Origin: Planctomycetota bacterium
GTDB lineage: Bacteria > Planctomycetota > UBA1135 > UBA2386
Reading direction: 5' to 3'
DNA: 64,000 bases
Assembly (NCBI GenBank): GCA_965223545.1
Contig: OZ245006.1
Span: 7,360,001-7,424,000, forward strand
The position numbers and the translations under genes were made by a program. Below are positions 27,922 to 37,712 of this stretch, one piece after another; position 1 is the stretch's first letter, and every line of letters starts with the position of its first letter. The notes below the pieces were generated by a model, which was not told the origin of the DNA, ran no database searches, and worked only from the letters and a program-made list of their open reading frames with translations.

Positions 27922-30090
27922 TCAGCTCATGCGCCAGTGGTGCAGGAAGTTGAGCAGGCTGCGCGTCGCCCACTCGCCCAGCGTCTCCGACGAGGCCGGA
28001 ATCCGCACGGTCGCGGTGAGGCCGCTGCCGACGTGCTCGAGCGGGGCATCGTCGGCGATCAAGAAGACGTGGAGGTAGGGCTGGGTTGCTTCGATCTCGC
28101 TGCCATCGGCGCGGGCGATGATCTCGCCGCCACCGGCCACGGTCAGCTCGATCGGCACGTGCCGGCGCGAGGCGGAGCGGCGGATCTCGCAGACCACCGC
28201 GCGCGTTGCGCGTCCCGGCGCACAGGTCCAGCGCAGCTGCACCTCGCTGCCGATGTCGAGCCGCGTGCGCGTGATCTGTTGGTCGGTGAGCACGATGCGC
28301 ACGAACCGGTGCTCGGAGTGCAGCTGCAGCAGCTCGTCGCCGCGGCGGACGAACTGTCCGGGCCGCAGACCGCGGCTGCCGACCACGGTGCCGTCGTCCG
28401 GCACGGTGACGCTCAACGCCGCCGCCTGGGCGTCCAGCTCGGCGACGCGTTTGCGCAGATAGTCGATGCGTGCCGCCGCCGAGGCCGCCAGGGTGGGCTC
28501 GGTCAGCTCGGTGGCGTCGAACTGCGCCTGCAGGGCGTCGAGCTCGCTCTGCGTGGTGATACGGCGCTCCTCGATGAGCGGGTCGCGCAGCTGACACACG
28601 ACGGCACCGCGGTCGACGTGGTCGCCATCGCGCACGTGCAGCGTCTCCAGATACGAGCTGTTGGGGGCGCGGATCGAACGCCGGACACCGGGGTCGAGCA
28701 CGCCTGGGGCGAACACCGCCCGCGACACCGGCGCCAGCGTCGCGGCCAGCAGGGCGACGACGACCGCGCCGACGGCGACGCAGCGCGCCCTCAGGCGCAC
28801 CGTCGCGGAGCGCTCGCCGCGCCATAGATAGGCAAACAGCCGCCACAGCGGCTGGCCGATCAGCAACCAGCCGAACGCGAGCCCGAGCATGACCCCGACC
28901 GCCGGCCATTGGGTCAGCATCAGGCCGGTGATCCAGAATGCGAGCAGGATGCGGTACGCCAGCGCGGCGGGGGCGTACAGCCAGATCAGCACGCGCTCGC
29001 TGCGCGTGTGCTCATCATCGGGCCGCGGCAGGCCGAGGAAGATCCACTCGGCGAGGCCGCGCAAGTAACGGGTCGCGCGTTCTTGCAGATTGACGGCGCC
29101 GAGCAGGTCGGACAGCACGTAGTAGCCGTCGAACTTGATCAGCGGATTGATGTTGATCAACACCGTGGTGGCGGTCGCCAGCACGACGACGTTGTGCGCG
29201 AACTCGTGCAGCAGGCCGTCGCCGGTGCCGGCCCAGATCAGCGCGAAGACCGCGGCCACCATCGACTCGACGTACATGCCGCCCATGCCGACCACGACGC
29301 GCGGCCAACGGCCGCTGAAGGTCCACGACGCGTTCGCGTCGACGTAGGCGCACGGCGTCAGCATGATGAACACCACGCCGAAGTCGGGCACCGTGCCGCC
29401 GTAGCGCTTGATGGCGTAGCCGTGGCCGAGCTCGTGCAGCGCCTTCAGACCGACCAGGGCGCACCACAGCAGGGGCAGGTTGTGCAGCGCCAGCAGGCCG
29501 GCGGCGTCGCCGTACAGCTCGCCGAGCCGTCCTCCGCACTGCCACAAGGCGGCCGCCAGCAGCGCCACCCACAGCAGGAAGCCAGAGCGCGTGAACAACC
29601 AGCGCACGAACGGCAGCGTGCGCTCGAGCCAGCGGTCCGGATCTCCCAGCGGCACCCGCCAGCTCAGCAGCGCGCGCAGCCGCGGGCCGCGGCGGGCCTG
29701 TTGCCGCTCCAGGTGCCGGGCCCAGATGCCGTCGACCGGCATGCCCGGCACGATGAGCAGCCCCATGCCGTGCAGGTTGGCGACGAAGCGGTAGTAGTCC
29801 TCGGTGTCGTCGGCGTCGAGCGTGCCGTTGGCGACCAACCGCTCCAGCAGCTCGCCGAGCGTCTGGTGGCTGACGATGCTGCACAAAATGCGATACTCGA
29901 GCGGCGACAGGATGTGGTTGCGAAAGCCGACCGGGTCGTGCAAGACGTAGCGCGGGCTCTGCCGGACGAACTGCCGGGTGACGACGAGATCGCGGCGCAC
30001 GCCGACGCGGACGTCGGCGAGCCGGCTCTCCAGGCTGTCGGCCCGCGGCGAGGGCGCGGGCCTCGCGGTCGTGTCGTTCGTGCCGGTCAC
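27922..30090 (-). CDS. M50 (site-2-protease-like) membrane peptidase domain fused to a HlyD-type adaptor
   Basis: GTG 30090 overlaps the upstream stop (GTGA). HELGHG zinc motif and NINPLIKFDGYY, then a lipoyl-like VRDGDHV hairpin. Confidence 0.88.
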   Translation of the reverse strand: MTGTNDTTARPAPSPRADSLESRLADVRVGVRRDLVVTRQFVRQSPRYVLHDPVGFRNHILSPLEYRILCSIVSHQTLGELLERLVANGTLDADDTEDYYRFVANLHGMGLLIVPGMPVDGIWARHLERQQARRGPRLRALLSWRVPLGDPDRWLERTLPFVRWLFTRSGFLLWVALLAAALWQCGGRLGELYGDAAGLLALHNLPLLWCALVGLKALHELGHGYAIKRYGGTVPDFGVVFIMLTPCAYVDANASWTFSGRWPRVVVGMGGMYVESMVAAVFALIWAGTGDGLLHEFAHNVVVLATATTVLININPLIKFDGYYVLSDLLGAVNLQERATRYLRGLAEWIFLGLPRPDDEHTRSERVLIWLYAPAALAYRILLAFWITGLMLTQWPAVGVMLGLAFGWLLIGQPLWRLFAYLWRGERSATVRLRARCVAVGAVVVALLAATLAPVSRAVFAPGVLDPGVRRSIRAPNSSYLETLHVRDGDHVDRGAVVCQLRDPLIEERRITTQSELDALQAQFDATELTEPTLAASAAARIDYLRKRVAELDAQAAALSVTVPDDGTVVGSRGLRPGQFVRRGDELLQLHSEHRFVRIVLTDQQITRTRLDIGSEVQLRWTCAPGRATRAVVCEIRRSASRRHVPIELTVAGGGEIIARADGSEIEATQPYLHVFLIADDAPLEHVGSGLTATVRIPASSETLGEWATRSLLNFLHHWRMS

Positions 30091-31922
30091 AGCCAGAAGT
30101 TGAGCCGAAGCCAATCGAGCAACCGGTGGCCCAGCACCCAGCCGGCGGCGCGGGGGCCGACCTCGAGAATGGCGAACCCCTCGAGGCCCGGTGGCAGGTC
30201 GGCGAGCGAACGGCTGGCCTCCGCCTCGCCCAAGAACACGTTCTTGCCGTCGTGCACCGAGCTCGCGGGTGCCAAGCGCAGTCCCTCGAGGTCGTGGACG
30301 ACATCGGGGGCGGCGGCGGCGACGAAGCTCGCGGCGCTGGCGCGGCGGGCGTCGATGACGACGCGTTCCGGCACGCGCAGCTCGATCCGGGCGCCGTCGA
30401 AGCGCGCGATCTCGAACAGCGCATCGCCCATCGCCAGCCGAGCGCCGAGCTTCTCGCGCAGCTCGCCGGAGACCACGATGCCGTCGCCGGTGGCGCGCAC
30501 CCGGGCTTGCTCGATGCGCCGCGCGACGATCTGCATCCGCGCCAGTACACCGCGCCGCTGCGCCTCCAGGACCTTGAGCGCGCCACTGTCGTGTTCGCCC
30601 AACGCCTGGTCGACCTGCGCCTGGAGGGAGGCGGCCTCGGCCTCGAGCTCGGCCAGGGCGAGCTGGTCGTCGTGACTGTCGAGCTCGGCCAAGAGTTGGC
30701 CCGAGTGCACCTGATCGCCGGGCCGGACGTAGAGCTCGGCGAGGATGCCGTCGCGCGGCGCCGACACGACGCGCACGCCGGCGGGGGCGACGGTCCCCGG
30801 CACGGTGACGCGGTATGTCATGGTGCCGAAGATCAGCCAGAGCAGGGTGGCAACCACGAGCGCCAGGCCGAGTGCGGTACGCTGCAGCCGGCTGCCGAGG
30901 CGAGCGAACGTCGCGTCGACCGAGTCCATGGCGTGGCGCCGGAGGCTGCGGGTCGCCAGCCGGGAGACCGGCAACAAGGAGGCGTACACCGAGATCTCCT
31001 GGGCGATCGCCGCCAGCAGCTGATCGCGCAGCCCGTCGGCCTCGGCGCTGGCGACGGCGACCACCGCGACGGTGCTGCCCTCGACCTCGAGCGGCACGGT
31101 GGCCACCGTGCCGCAGCCACGATGCCGGAGCCACGCGGCGTGCAGCCGGAACTCCTCGCTCGGCTTGCTGCCGCCGAGGCGGATCGGCTCGCCGAGGTCC
31201 AGGCACTCGGTCATCGCGTCGCGCAGCACGCGCACGCCGGGGTTGGAAGCGCGCAGATCGAGCTCGCCGTTGACCAGTGCGACCCGGACGCGGTGCTCCT
31301 CGACGACTCCGACCGCAACCTGTTCGAGGTGGTAGCGGCTGCTGACGTCGGCGACCAGCTGGAGCAGCAGGCGGAGGGGGTCGCCCATCGCGTTGTCGAG
31401 ACCGGTTGCGAGCGGCTGGATGCGACGGCTGCGCTCGGTGATCAGCAGCGCCAAGAAGCCGACCAGCGCCTCGACCTGCACCAACACCTCGTACGCATGC
31501 GCGCGCGAGCAGTCGCGGAACACGAAACCGGCGCAGCCGACCTGGTCGGCGTTGTCGCCGTAGATCACCGCCGCGACGACGGCGAAGTCGCCGACCTCGC
31601 CGGTCAGCCGAACGCACTGCGCCATGTCCGAAGCGCCGGCCTCGATCATCGCCCGGTTGACCTGGTCGCGGAGCGTCTCGCTCAAGTTGAGGTCGCGCCG
31701 GCACCATTCCTCCGACAGGGGCTGGGGGCCGCACCGCGCGTGCGTGACGACGTAGTCTGCCTCGAGCAGCGCGCCGATCTCTTCGAGGCTCTGCGCCAGG
31801 GCCCGGTGCAGAGGCTTGGCGACGAACAAGCTGCGCAGCTGGCACTGGAGCGCGGCCACGCTCACCCAGCGGGGTGGCGGCTCGTCCAGCACGAACAGTT
31901 CGTCGTCGCGCGTTTCCAGCAT
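30087..31922 (-). CDS. GAF-domain-containing HlyD/RND periplasmic adaptor
   Basis: From ATG 31922. Two GAF-like regions (AMTECLD...TVPLEVEG), a TM segment, VSAPRDG..VRPGDQV..GQLL and a C-terminal WLRLNFWL. Confidence 0.85.
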   Translation of the reverse strand: MLETRDDELFVLDEPPPRWVSVAALQCQLRSLFVAKPLHRALAQSLEEIGALLEADYVVTHARCGPQPLSEEWCRRDLNLSETLRDQVNRAMIEAGASDMAQCVRLTGEVGDFAVVAAVIYGDNADQVGCAGFVFRDCSRAHAYEVLVQVEALVGFLALLITERSRRIQPLATGLDNAMGDPLRLLLQLVADVSSRYHLEQVAVGVVEEHRVRVALVNGELDLRASNPGVRVLRDAMTECLDLGEPIRLGGSKPSEEFRLHAAWLRHRGCGTVATVPLEVEGSTVAVVAVASAEADGLRDQLLAAIAQEISVYASLLPVSRLATRSLRRHAMDSVDATFARLGSRLQRTALGLALVVATLLWLIFGTMTYRVTVPGTVAPAGVRVVSAPRDGILAELYVRPGDQVHSGQLLAELDSHDDQLALAELEAEAASLQAQVDQALGEHDSGALKVLEAQRRGVLARMQIVARRIEQARVRATGDGIVVSGELREKLGARLAMGDALFEIARFDGARIELRVPERVVIDARRASAASFVAAAAPDVVHDLEGLRLAPASSVHDGKNVFLGEAEASRSLADLPPGLEGFAILEVGPRAAGWVLGHRLLDWLRLNFWL

Positions 31923-31927
31923 CGCGC

Positions 31928-32326
31928 TCAGTCGGTGTCCGTCTCCGGTCGGCTGGACAGGAAGTAGAACCTGCCCTCGTAGTCGTCTTCGCTCAGCATC
32001 GTGCACCGGTCACAGCGCGCGAGGTAGCGCTCGTGGGCGAGGTCGGCGTTGGTGGGGTCGATGCGCACCGTGTAGAAGCTGCCGACGCCGACCGGAGCGT
32101 CCAGCTGCAGCAGAGCGCCCGTCGAGTGCAGCTCGAGGGTGACGCCGCGCACCGGGTCGGTCGCGGCCATGGCGGGGTCGGCGAGGAGCAGCTCGACCTG
32201 CGTCCCCGAGGACGCCGTCTCGCGCAGGCTGCGGACGGTTGCGCGGTTTACGAGCTGCAGCTCTTCGACGAGCTGGATCGTCGCTTGTGGTTCGCTGGTC
32301 AGGCCTTCGCCAAGCTTCTTCGACAT
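31928..32326 (-). CDS. PilZ-like small protein (degenerate motifs)
   Basis: Pattern GVTLELHSTGALL...VGSFYTV...ARCDRC...YEGRFYF resembles a PilZ barrel. Has a GGAGAG RBS and sits in the operon. Confidence 0.5.
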   Translation of the reverse strand: MSKKLGEGLTSEPQATIQLVEELQLVNRATVRSLRETASSGTQVELLLADPAMAATDPVRGVTLELHSTGALLQLDAPVGVGSFYTVRIDPTNADLAHERYLARCDRCTMLSEDDYEGRFYFLSSRPETDTD

Positions 32327-32338
32327 CGGCTCTCTCCG

Positions 32339-33205
32339 TTACTTCGGCGGTGTGGTTGCGGCGGACCCGAGGCCGGGAGTGACGACCATCTTGAGACCGG
32401 CGCGCCACGAGTAGTCCTCGTTGTCCAAGGCGGCGCGCACCAGGAAGGACTGGCTCGTGGGCGTGGCGCGCAACGAGATGTGGACGATCTCCGCCCGCCG
32501 CGGTTCGTGGTTGCCGGTCGCCGGCCGCACCAGCACGGCGCCACCCGTCCGCACCTCGCTCTCGAGGCTGACGGGGCATTGGAACTCCACCCAGAGCGGG
32601 TGCAGCGCCATGACTTCGACGATCGGCTCGAGCTGGTCCGCGGTCTCGCCGACCTGTTTGAATCGGCGCGTCACGACGCCGGCCAGCGGGCTCTTCAAAG
32701 TGCGCTGGTCGAGGCGGGCCTGGGCTTGCGCGAGCTCGTTGCGCAGCTGAGCGGCCTCGAAGTCGACCCTGCCGACCGCCAGCCGCGCGAGCTCGGACTC
32801 GAGCTGGACCTCCTGCAGCTCGGCGGCGGCCGCGACGTCGCGGTCGGAGAGATGACGCACGCGTTCGACCTTCTTCTGCGCGTAGCTCAGGCTGGCCGCG
32901 GCGCGGTCCTGCTCGATCCTGGACTCGACCAGCGCTTGCAGGCGCAGCACCTCGAGCCGCGGCAGCTCGTCGCTGAGGCGGTAGAGCACCGTGCCGGGCT
33001 CGACCCGACTGCCCTCCAGGGCCGGCATCTCGATGATGGTGCCGCTCTGCTCGGGTGCCACCGCGGCCAGGTGGCTCGGCACGGTGAGACCGACCAGCTC
33101 GAACGTGAGCGGCGTCGACGTCGCCTCCGCCGGTCGGTCCGCGGTGGCGCCGATCGCGATCGCGGTGAGTGCGATCCCGCCCCACAGCCAGTGGTTGCTC
33201 CTCAT
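32339..33205 (-). CDS. Efflux RND/HlyD periplasmic adaptor subunit
   Basis: Signal/TM segment, EGSRVEPG, coiled coil, LKSPLAGVV..VGE and C-terminal AGLKMVV. Confidence 0.88.
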   Translation of the reverse strand: MRSNHWLWGGIALTAIAIGATADRPAEATSTPLTFELVGLTVPSHLAAVAPEQSGTIIEMPALEGSRVEPGTVLYRLSDELPRLEVLRLQALVESRIEQDRAAASLSYAQKKVERVRHLSDRDVAAAAELQEVQLESELARLAVGRVDFEAAQLRNELAQAQARLDQRTLKSPLAGVVTRRFKQVGETADQLEPIVEVMALHPLWVEFQCPVSLESEVRTGGAVLVRPATGNHEPRRAEIVHISLRATPTSQSFLVRAALDNEDYSWRAGLKMVVTPGLGSAATTPPK

Positions 33206-33427
33206 CCCTGCCAGTTCCCCCCAGAAAGTGCCCCGACGACGCGGTGCGCGGCGTCGCCTAGGACGCTGTTTCGACTATCGGAACAGCCGTCGGTGGCGCC
33301 TGAGGGGATCAGGGGATGTGCGGCGGTCGATCGGGATTCGCGGCACTGTCGATTGGGCCGCTGTCGAGGAAGTCGACAGCGCGGCTGGCAGCCCGTCGTT
33401 TTCGTGCTCAGAGAGAGAACGGCTCTC

Positions 33428-36220
33428 TCAGGTCAGCGGAGCCGCCGCGCGGCACCATCGCTCGACGACCGCGAGCAGACCCTTGGGCCGAAACGGCTTG
33501 GTGACGAAGTCGTCCATGCCCGCCGCCAGTGCCTCTTGCCGGTCGCTTTCCTGGGCATTGCCGGTGAGCGCGACGATCGGCAGGCGGTCGCCGGCGTGGC
33601 CTCCCACCGGGCCTGCTGCCTCGAGCTCGCGGATCAAGCGCGTGGCCTGCAAGCCGTCGAGCACCGGCATCTGGCAGTCCATCAGGACCAGCGCCGCCCC
33701 GGTTTCGGCGATGAACTCCACTGCCTGCTGGCCGTCTTCGACCAGAGCGACCTGGTAGCCGGCGCGGCGCAGCACGCTGCTCGCCACCGTGCGGTTGATC
33801 TGGCTGTCGTCGGCGACCAGGATCAAGGGTGCGTCGGTCGCGGCGGACTCTGCGGCAGGCTCCGCGGCGGGCACCGGCTCGAGCAGACGCTCGACGGCGG
33901 CGAGCAGGTCGGCCGGGCGAAACGGCTTGGTCATGAACTCGTCGACGCCCGCCGCGCGACACTCGGCGACGACCTCTTCGCGGGCATTGGCGGTGAGGGC
34001 GAGGATCGGTACGTGGCGCGGCAGAGTCGAGGCCGCCGCGCGGTCGGTCTCCAGCGCACGGATCTTGCGCGTGGCCTCGATGCCGTCCATCACCGGCATC
34101 TGGCAGTCCATCAACACCAGGTCGAAGGTCTGCTCCGCGAACGCGTCCAGCGCCTCGCGGCCGTTCTCGGTAATGGTCACGCGGTGGCCGGCGCGCTCGA
34201 GCACGGTGCGCACCACCTGCTGGTTGACGGTCGTGTCCTCGGCCACCAGGATGTGGCGGCCGGTCCCCGCGGCGTCGGCCGTGCCGGTCGATGGCACTGG
34301 TCGGTTGCTCGCGCTCGCGGTGGCGGGAGCGCCGTCGAGCCAGGCGCGCAGCTGCTCGAAACCGGTCGGTTCGGCCAGCGGGTGGATGCCCGTGGGAGGC
34401 GTGCCCATCTCTGCGGGCCAGTGGCGCAGCCAGTGGTCGAGGACGGCGATGCGCTGTCCGTCGATCCAGGGCACGCCGCGCAACTGCTCGACGGCTTCGA
34501 ACGGCTCCGCGAGCGTGGCATACGGATCGACGATGGCGAGGGCTTGGCCGGTTTGGGGCTCGGTGCCCTGTTGCCAATGCTCCACCACCTGGCATCGCGA
34601 TGCGGGAACGCCGAGGAACCGCAGCTGCGCCTCGAGCCGGGCGCGGACCAGTGGCCTTCGCGATACGACCAGGACACTGTCGGCCGGAGCGGGCGGAGGC
34701 GCTTGTTGCGGCACCGTGCCGAGCCGGGCGGTGAACCAGAACGTCGAGCCACGGCCGACCTCGCTGTCGACGCCGATGTCGCCGCCCATGAGCGCCGACA
34801 GCTCCTTGCAGATGGCGAGGCCCAGGCCGGTGCCGCCGTACTTGCGCGTCGTCGATGCGTCGACCTGCTCGAAGGCGGTGAACAGCGAGGCGCGTCGCTC
34901 GGGCGGAATGCCGATGCCGGTGTCCCGCACCTCGAAACGAAGCGTGGTGCCGTCGTTGGCCTCGTCGGTGCTATCGACATCGACGTGGATGCTGACGCTG
35001 CCTTCGGCGGTGAACTTCAGCGCGTTGTTCAAGAAGTTGATCAACACCTGCCGCAGTCGGGTGGGGTCGCCTTGCACCTTGGCCGGCACCGACGGGGCGA
35101 CGACGGCGTGCAGCTCGAGGCCCTTGGAGTCGGCGAGGCCGGCGAGGATCTCCACCGCCCCATCCGTCAGTTGGCGCAGGTCGACCTCGACCAGCTCCAG
35201 AGTGAGTTTGCGGGCCTCGATCTTGGAGAAGTCGAGGATGTCGTTGATCAGGCCGAGCAGCGCCTCGGCAGCGTTCTTGGCGGTCCTGGCAAAGCTCTCC
35301 TGCTCGCGGTCGAGCGGCGTCTCCAGGATGAGCTCGTTCATGTTGATGATGCCGTTCAGCGGTGTGCGCAGCTCGTGGGACATCGTCGCCAAGAACTGGG
35401 CCTTTGCCTGGTTGGCCTCCACCAACTGCGCGGTGCGCTCCTTCACCTGCTGCTCGGTGTGCGCCTTGGCCGACTGCAGCTTGTCGACGAAGCTGCCGAT
35501 GTTGCGCGTCAGCAGGCGGACTTCGTCGGGGCCCCGCTGGGACAGCTCGAACTCGGCGTCGTCGCGGGCTGCCCGTTCGGCGGCGTCGCTCAGGCCCTCG
35601 ATCGGAGCGACGATCTTGTGCACCGTCCACAGCCAGCACAGCGCCACGACGCCCAGATAGAGGACCGCTGCCGCCAGCGACAGCAGGGCGAGGAAGCGGC
35701 GCTGATCGTTGAGGTCGGCGCTCAAGAAGCCGGCGCGCCGCCGCATCCGGTGCTGCAGGTCTTCGATGCGCGCCACCGCCGACTTGCCCAAGCGGTCGGC
35801 TTCGCTGGCGAGCGCGGCCAGTCTGCTATCGCGCTGCTCGCCGCGCAGGTCACGGGCTTGGTCGATCAGCTCGCGCGTCTGCTCGATGTCGTCCGCCAAG
35901 CGCAACAGTGCGGGCCGCTGATCGGCGACCAGCGGTGTCTCGCCGATGTCGTCGAGCAGCTCCTGCAGGCGATCCGCCTGGGTGAGCGACGACGACGCCA
36001 TGAAGGTCTCTCCCTGGTAGAGCACCAGGTCGTTGACCAGGAGCCATTGGCCCAGGGACTCGCCGAACAGCTCGACGTTGCGCATCGCCACCGAGGCCGG
36101 GCCCAGCTCGCGGATGCGGTCGTCGATGCCGCGGAATCGGTCGACCAGGAAGCTGCCCAGCGCGACCCCTGTCGCGGTGCAGGCCGCCAGCGTCAGGGTG
36201 GTGTGGACCTTGATGTTCAC
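33428..36220 (-). CDS. Hybrid sensor histidine kinase (TM-HAMP-HisKA-HATPase-pseudoREC-REC-REC)
   Basis: FLATMSHELRTPLN, NFLNNALKFT, DTGIGI, GGTGLGL and two LVLMDCQMP receiver domains. Confidence 0.95.
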   Translation of the reverse strand: MNIKVHTTLTLAACTATGVALGSFLVDRFRGIDDRIRELGPASVAMRNVELFGESLGQWLLVNDLVLYQGETFMASSSLTQADRLQELLDDIGETPLVADQRPALLRLADDIEQTRELIDQARDLRGEQRDSRLAALASEADRLGKSAVARIEDLQHRMRRRAGFLSADLNDQRRFLALLSLAAAVLYLGVVALCWLWTVHKIVAPIEGLSDAAERAARDDAEFELSQRGPDEVRLLTRNIGSFVDKLQSAKAHTEQQVKERTAQLVEANQAKAQFLATMSHELRTPLNGIINMNELILETPLDREQESFARTAKNAAEALLGLINDILDFSKIEARKLTLELVEVDLRQLTDGAVEILAGLADSKGLELHAVVAPSVPAKVQGDPTRLRQVLINFLNNALKFTAEGSVSIHVDVDSTDEANDGTTLRFEVRDTGIGIPPERRASLFTAFEQVDASTTRKYGGTGLGLAICKELSALMGGDIGVDSEVGRGSTFWFTARLGTVPQQAPPPAPADSVLVVSRRPLVRARLEAQLRFLGVPASRCQVVEHWQQGTEPQTGQALAIVDPYATLAEPFEAVEQLRGVPWIDGQRIAVLDHWLRHWPAEMGTPPTGIHPLAEPTGFEQLRAWLDGAPATASASNRPVPSTGTADAAGTGRHILVAEDTTVNQQVVRTVLERAGHRVTITENGREALDAFAEQTFDLVLMDCQMPVMDGIEATRKIRALETDRAAASTLPRHVPILALTANAREEVVAECRAAGVDEFMTKPFRPADLLAAVERLLEPVPAAEPAAESAATDAPLILVADDSQINRTVASSVLRRAGYQVALVEDGQQAVEFIAETGAALVLMDCQMPVLDGLQATRLIRELEAAGPVGGHAGDRLPIVALTGNAQESDRQEALAAGMDDFVTKPFRPKGLLAVVERWCRAAAPLT

Positions 36221-36221
36221 G

Positions 36222-37238
36222 TCAGCGCGCCTCCGGCCGCAGCGTGCCGAGCACGTGGCGAACGCGGCGCGCGGCCGCGCCGCTCACGCCGTCGGCGGCG
36301 CAGAGCTCGGCGAGACCGAGGTCGCGCGTCGATTGCCACTGGGCGCGCAGCGGCGCGGCCGCCGACGGCGAAGTCTCCGCTGCGGTGACGACGGCTTCGG
36401 CGTCGAGGGTCCAGCGCAGTGGCTGCGGTTCGTGCGGCGTGCGGACATCGATCACCCAGCCCAACGTCCGCGACTCCGCGCCGAGCACGCGCAGCGCCAA
36501 CGCCACCTCGACCACTGGACCGTCGGCGGCCGGCAGCGGTGGCCCGGGCCGACCCGCCGGTCGCGGCCAGATGCGTTGGATCCGCCGCGCGTTCGGAAAC
36601 TGCTGCCGGCCGACGGCGAGGTCGTGCAGCTTGGCGGTCTCGCCGGCCCACACGACGTCCAGTACCGCCATCGTCTTGAGTGCCGAGCGGACCAGCGCGG
36701 CGGCCAACGCCTCGGTGCCCGCCGGCACCGCGAAGGCTCCGTCGGCGAGCCCGCCGGCCGGAGTCAGCAGTGGCTCCAGCTGCGGGCGGCTCATGCCGAC
36801 CAGCAGGCGCGTGAAACCGGAGCGCTCCAACGCGTACCAGTGGTTGCTGCGCGTGCGGCGCAGCTTCAACCCCGCCAGCCGTCCGTCCAGGGTCAGGGCC
36901 CACTCGACGGCGGTGAGGCCATAAGGGCTCTCCTCGTCGCGCGCGTACAGCAGACCGAGCGGCAACCGCCCGCGCACGGCGACGTACATCGCGTGCGCGC
37001 CGAGCTCGCTGTAGTGGACTCGAAACGGCAGCCGTTGCTCGATGGCGCGGCGGGCGTTGTCGTCGACCTCGCGGACGATGACCTGATAGCCGTCGGCCTG
37101 TGGGAAGGCCGCGAACACGCTCTGCTGCGGCTGGCTCAGAGTCGAGCGCTGCGCAGCGGCCCGCTCGGCCGGCGACGCGACCACCGTCGCGCCGATCAGC
37201 GCGATGGTGCGGCGTAGACTGGCTTGCGATGCGGCCAC
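36222..37238 (-). CDS. Secreted hypothetical protein, FMN-binding-domain-like N-terminus
   Basis: Signal-like N-terminus and AAFPQADG motif. Ends 1 nt before the kinase start. Exact start uncertain. Confidence 0.5.
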   Translation of the reverse strand: MAASQASLRRTIALIGATVVASPAERAAAQRSTLSQPQQSVFAAFPQADGYQVIVREVDDNARRAIEQRLPFRVHYSELGAHAMYVAVRGRLPLGLLYARDEESPYGLTAVEWALTLDGRLAGLKLRRTRSNHWYALERSGFTRLLVGMSRPQLEPLLTPAGGLADGAFAVPAGTEALAAALVRSALKTMAVLDVVWAGETAKLHDLAVGRQQFPNARRIQRIWPRPAGRPGPPLPAADGPVVEVALALRVLGAESRTLGWVIDVRTPHEPQPLRWTLDAEAVVTAAETSPSAAAPLRAQWQSTRDLGLAELCAADGVSGAAARRVRHVLGTLRPEAR

Positions 37239-37415
37239 GAGGGGCAGTTCGGCCTGGGTTTTGCCTGACTTGAGTGCCGTGCGGGTTCCGCGCCGGCAGC
37301 TCCCGTATCACGCCGCGAGGGCGGTGGTCCCGATTCGAGACGGTGGATTCCCGCGCGCGCCCGAACAGCCGGTATGGTCGTCGGCGAAGTTTGGTCCCGA
37401 TTGGAGCGATCCTCG

Positions 37416-37712
37416 ATGCGCGCCCGTTTCTGTACCCTCCTGCTGCTCGTGCTTCTGTGCTCCACCCCCGCCTGCGTCTACGCCGATGTGCAGGTGCCGC
37501 TCGACGTCGACCTGCACCAGACGCAGCTCGGCGACAAGGTGGGTGAAGCCTCCACCCACAGCGTCCTGTGGGCGGTGGCGTGGGGTGACTCCGGCACCCG
37601 GGCGGCGGCCGAGAGCGCCGGGATTCGCCGGATCCTGCACGCCGACCGCAAGGTGTTCAGCATCCTCTGGGGGCTGTACACCCGCACCACGACAGTGGTC
37701 TACGGCGAGTGA
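37416..37712 (+). CDS. TRL-like family small lipoprotein
   Basis: Lipobox-like TPAC, then KVGEASTHSVLWAVAWGDSG..AAA..AGI and TTVVYGE. Confidence 0.75.
   Translation: MRARFCTLLLLVLLCSTPACVYADVQVPLDVDLHQTQLGDKVGEASTHSVLWAVAWGDSGTRAAAESAGIRRILHADRKVFSILWGLYTRTTTVVYGE

Noticed and set aside
30091..31845. Upstream extension of the M50 ORF to 1307 aa
   Set aside because: Overlaps GAF-HlyD in another frame; the GTGA-coupled start at 30090 fits better.
31874..36388. 1504-aa plus-strand ORF
   Set aside because: Antisense to the histidine kinase and HlyD genes; Arg/Ala-rich shadow frame.
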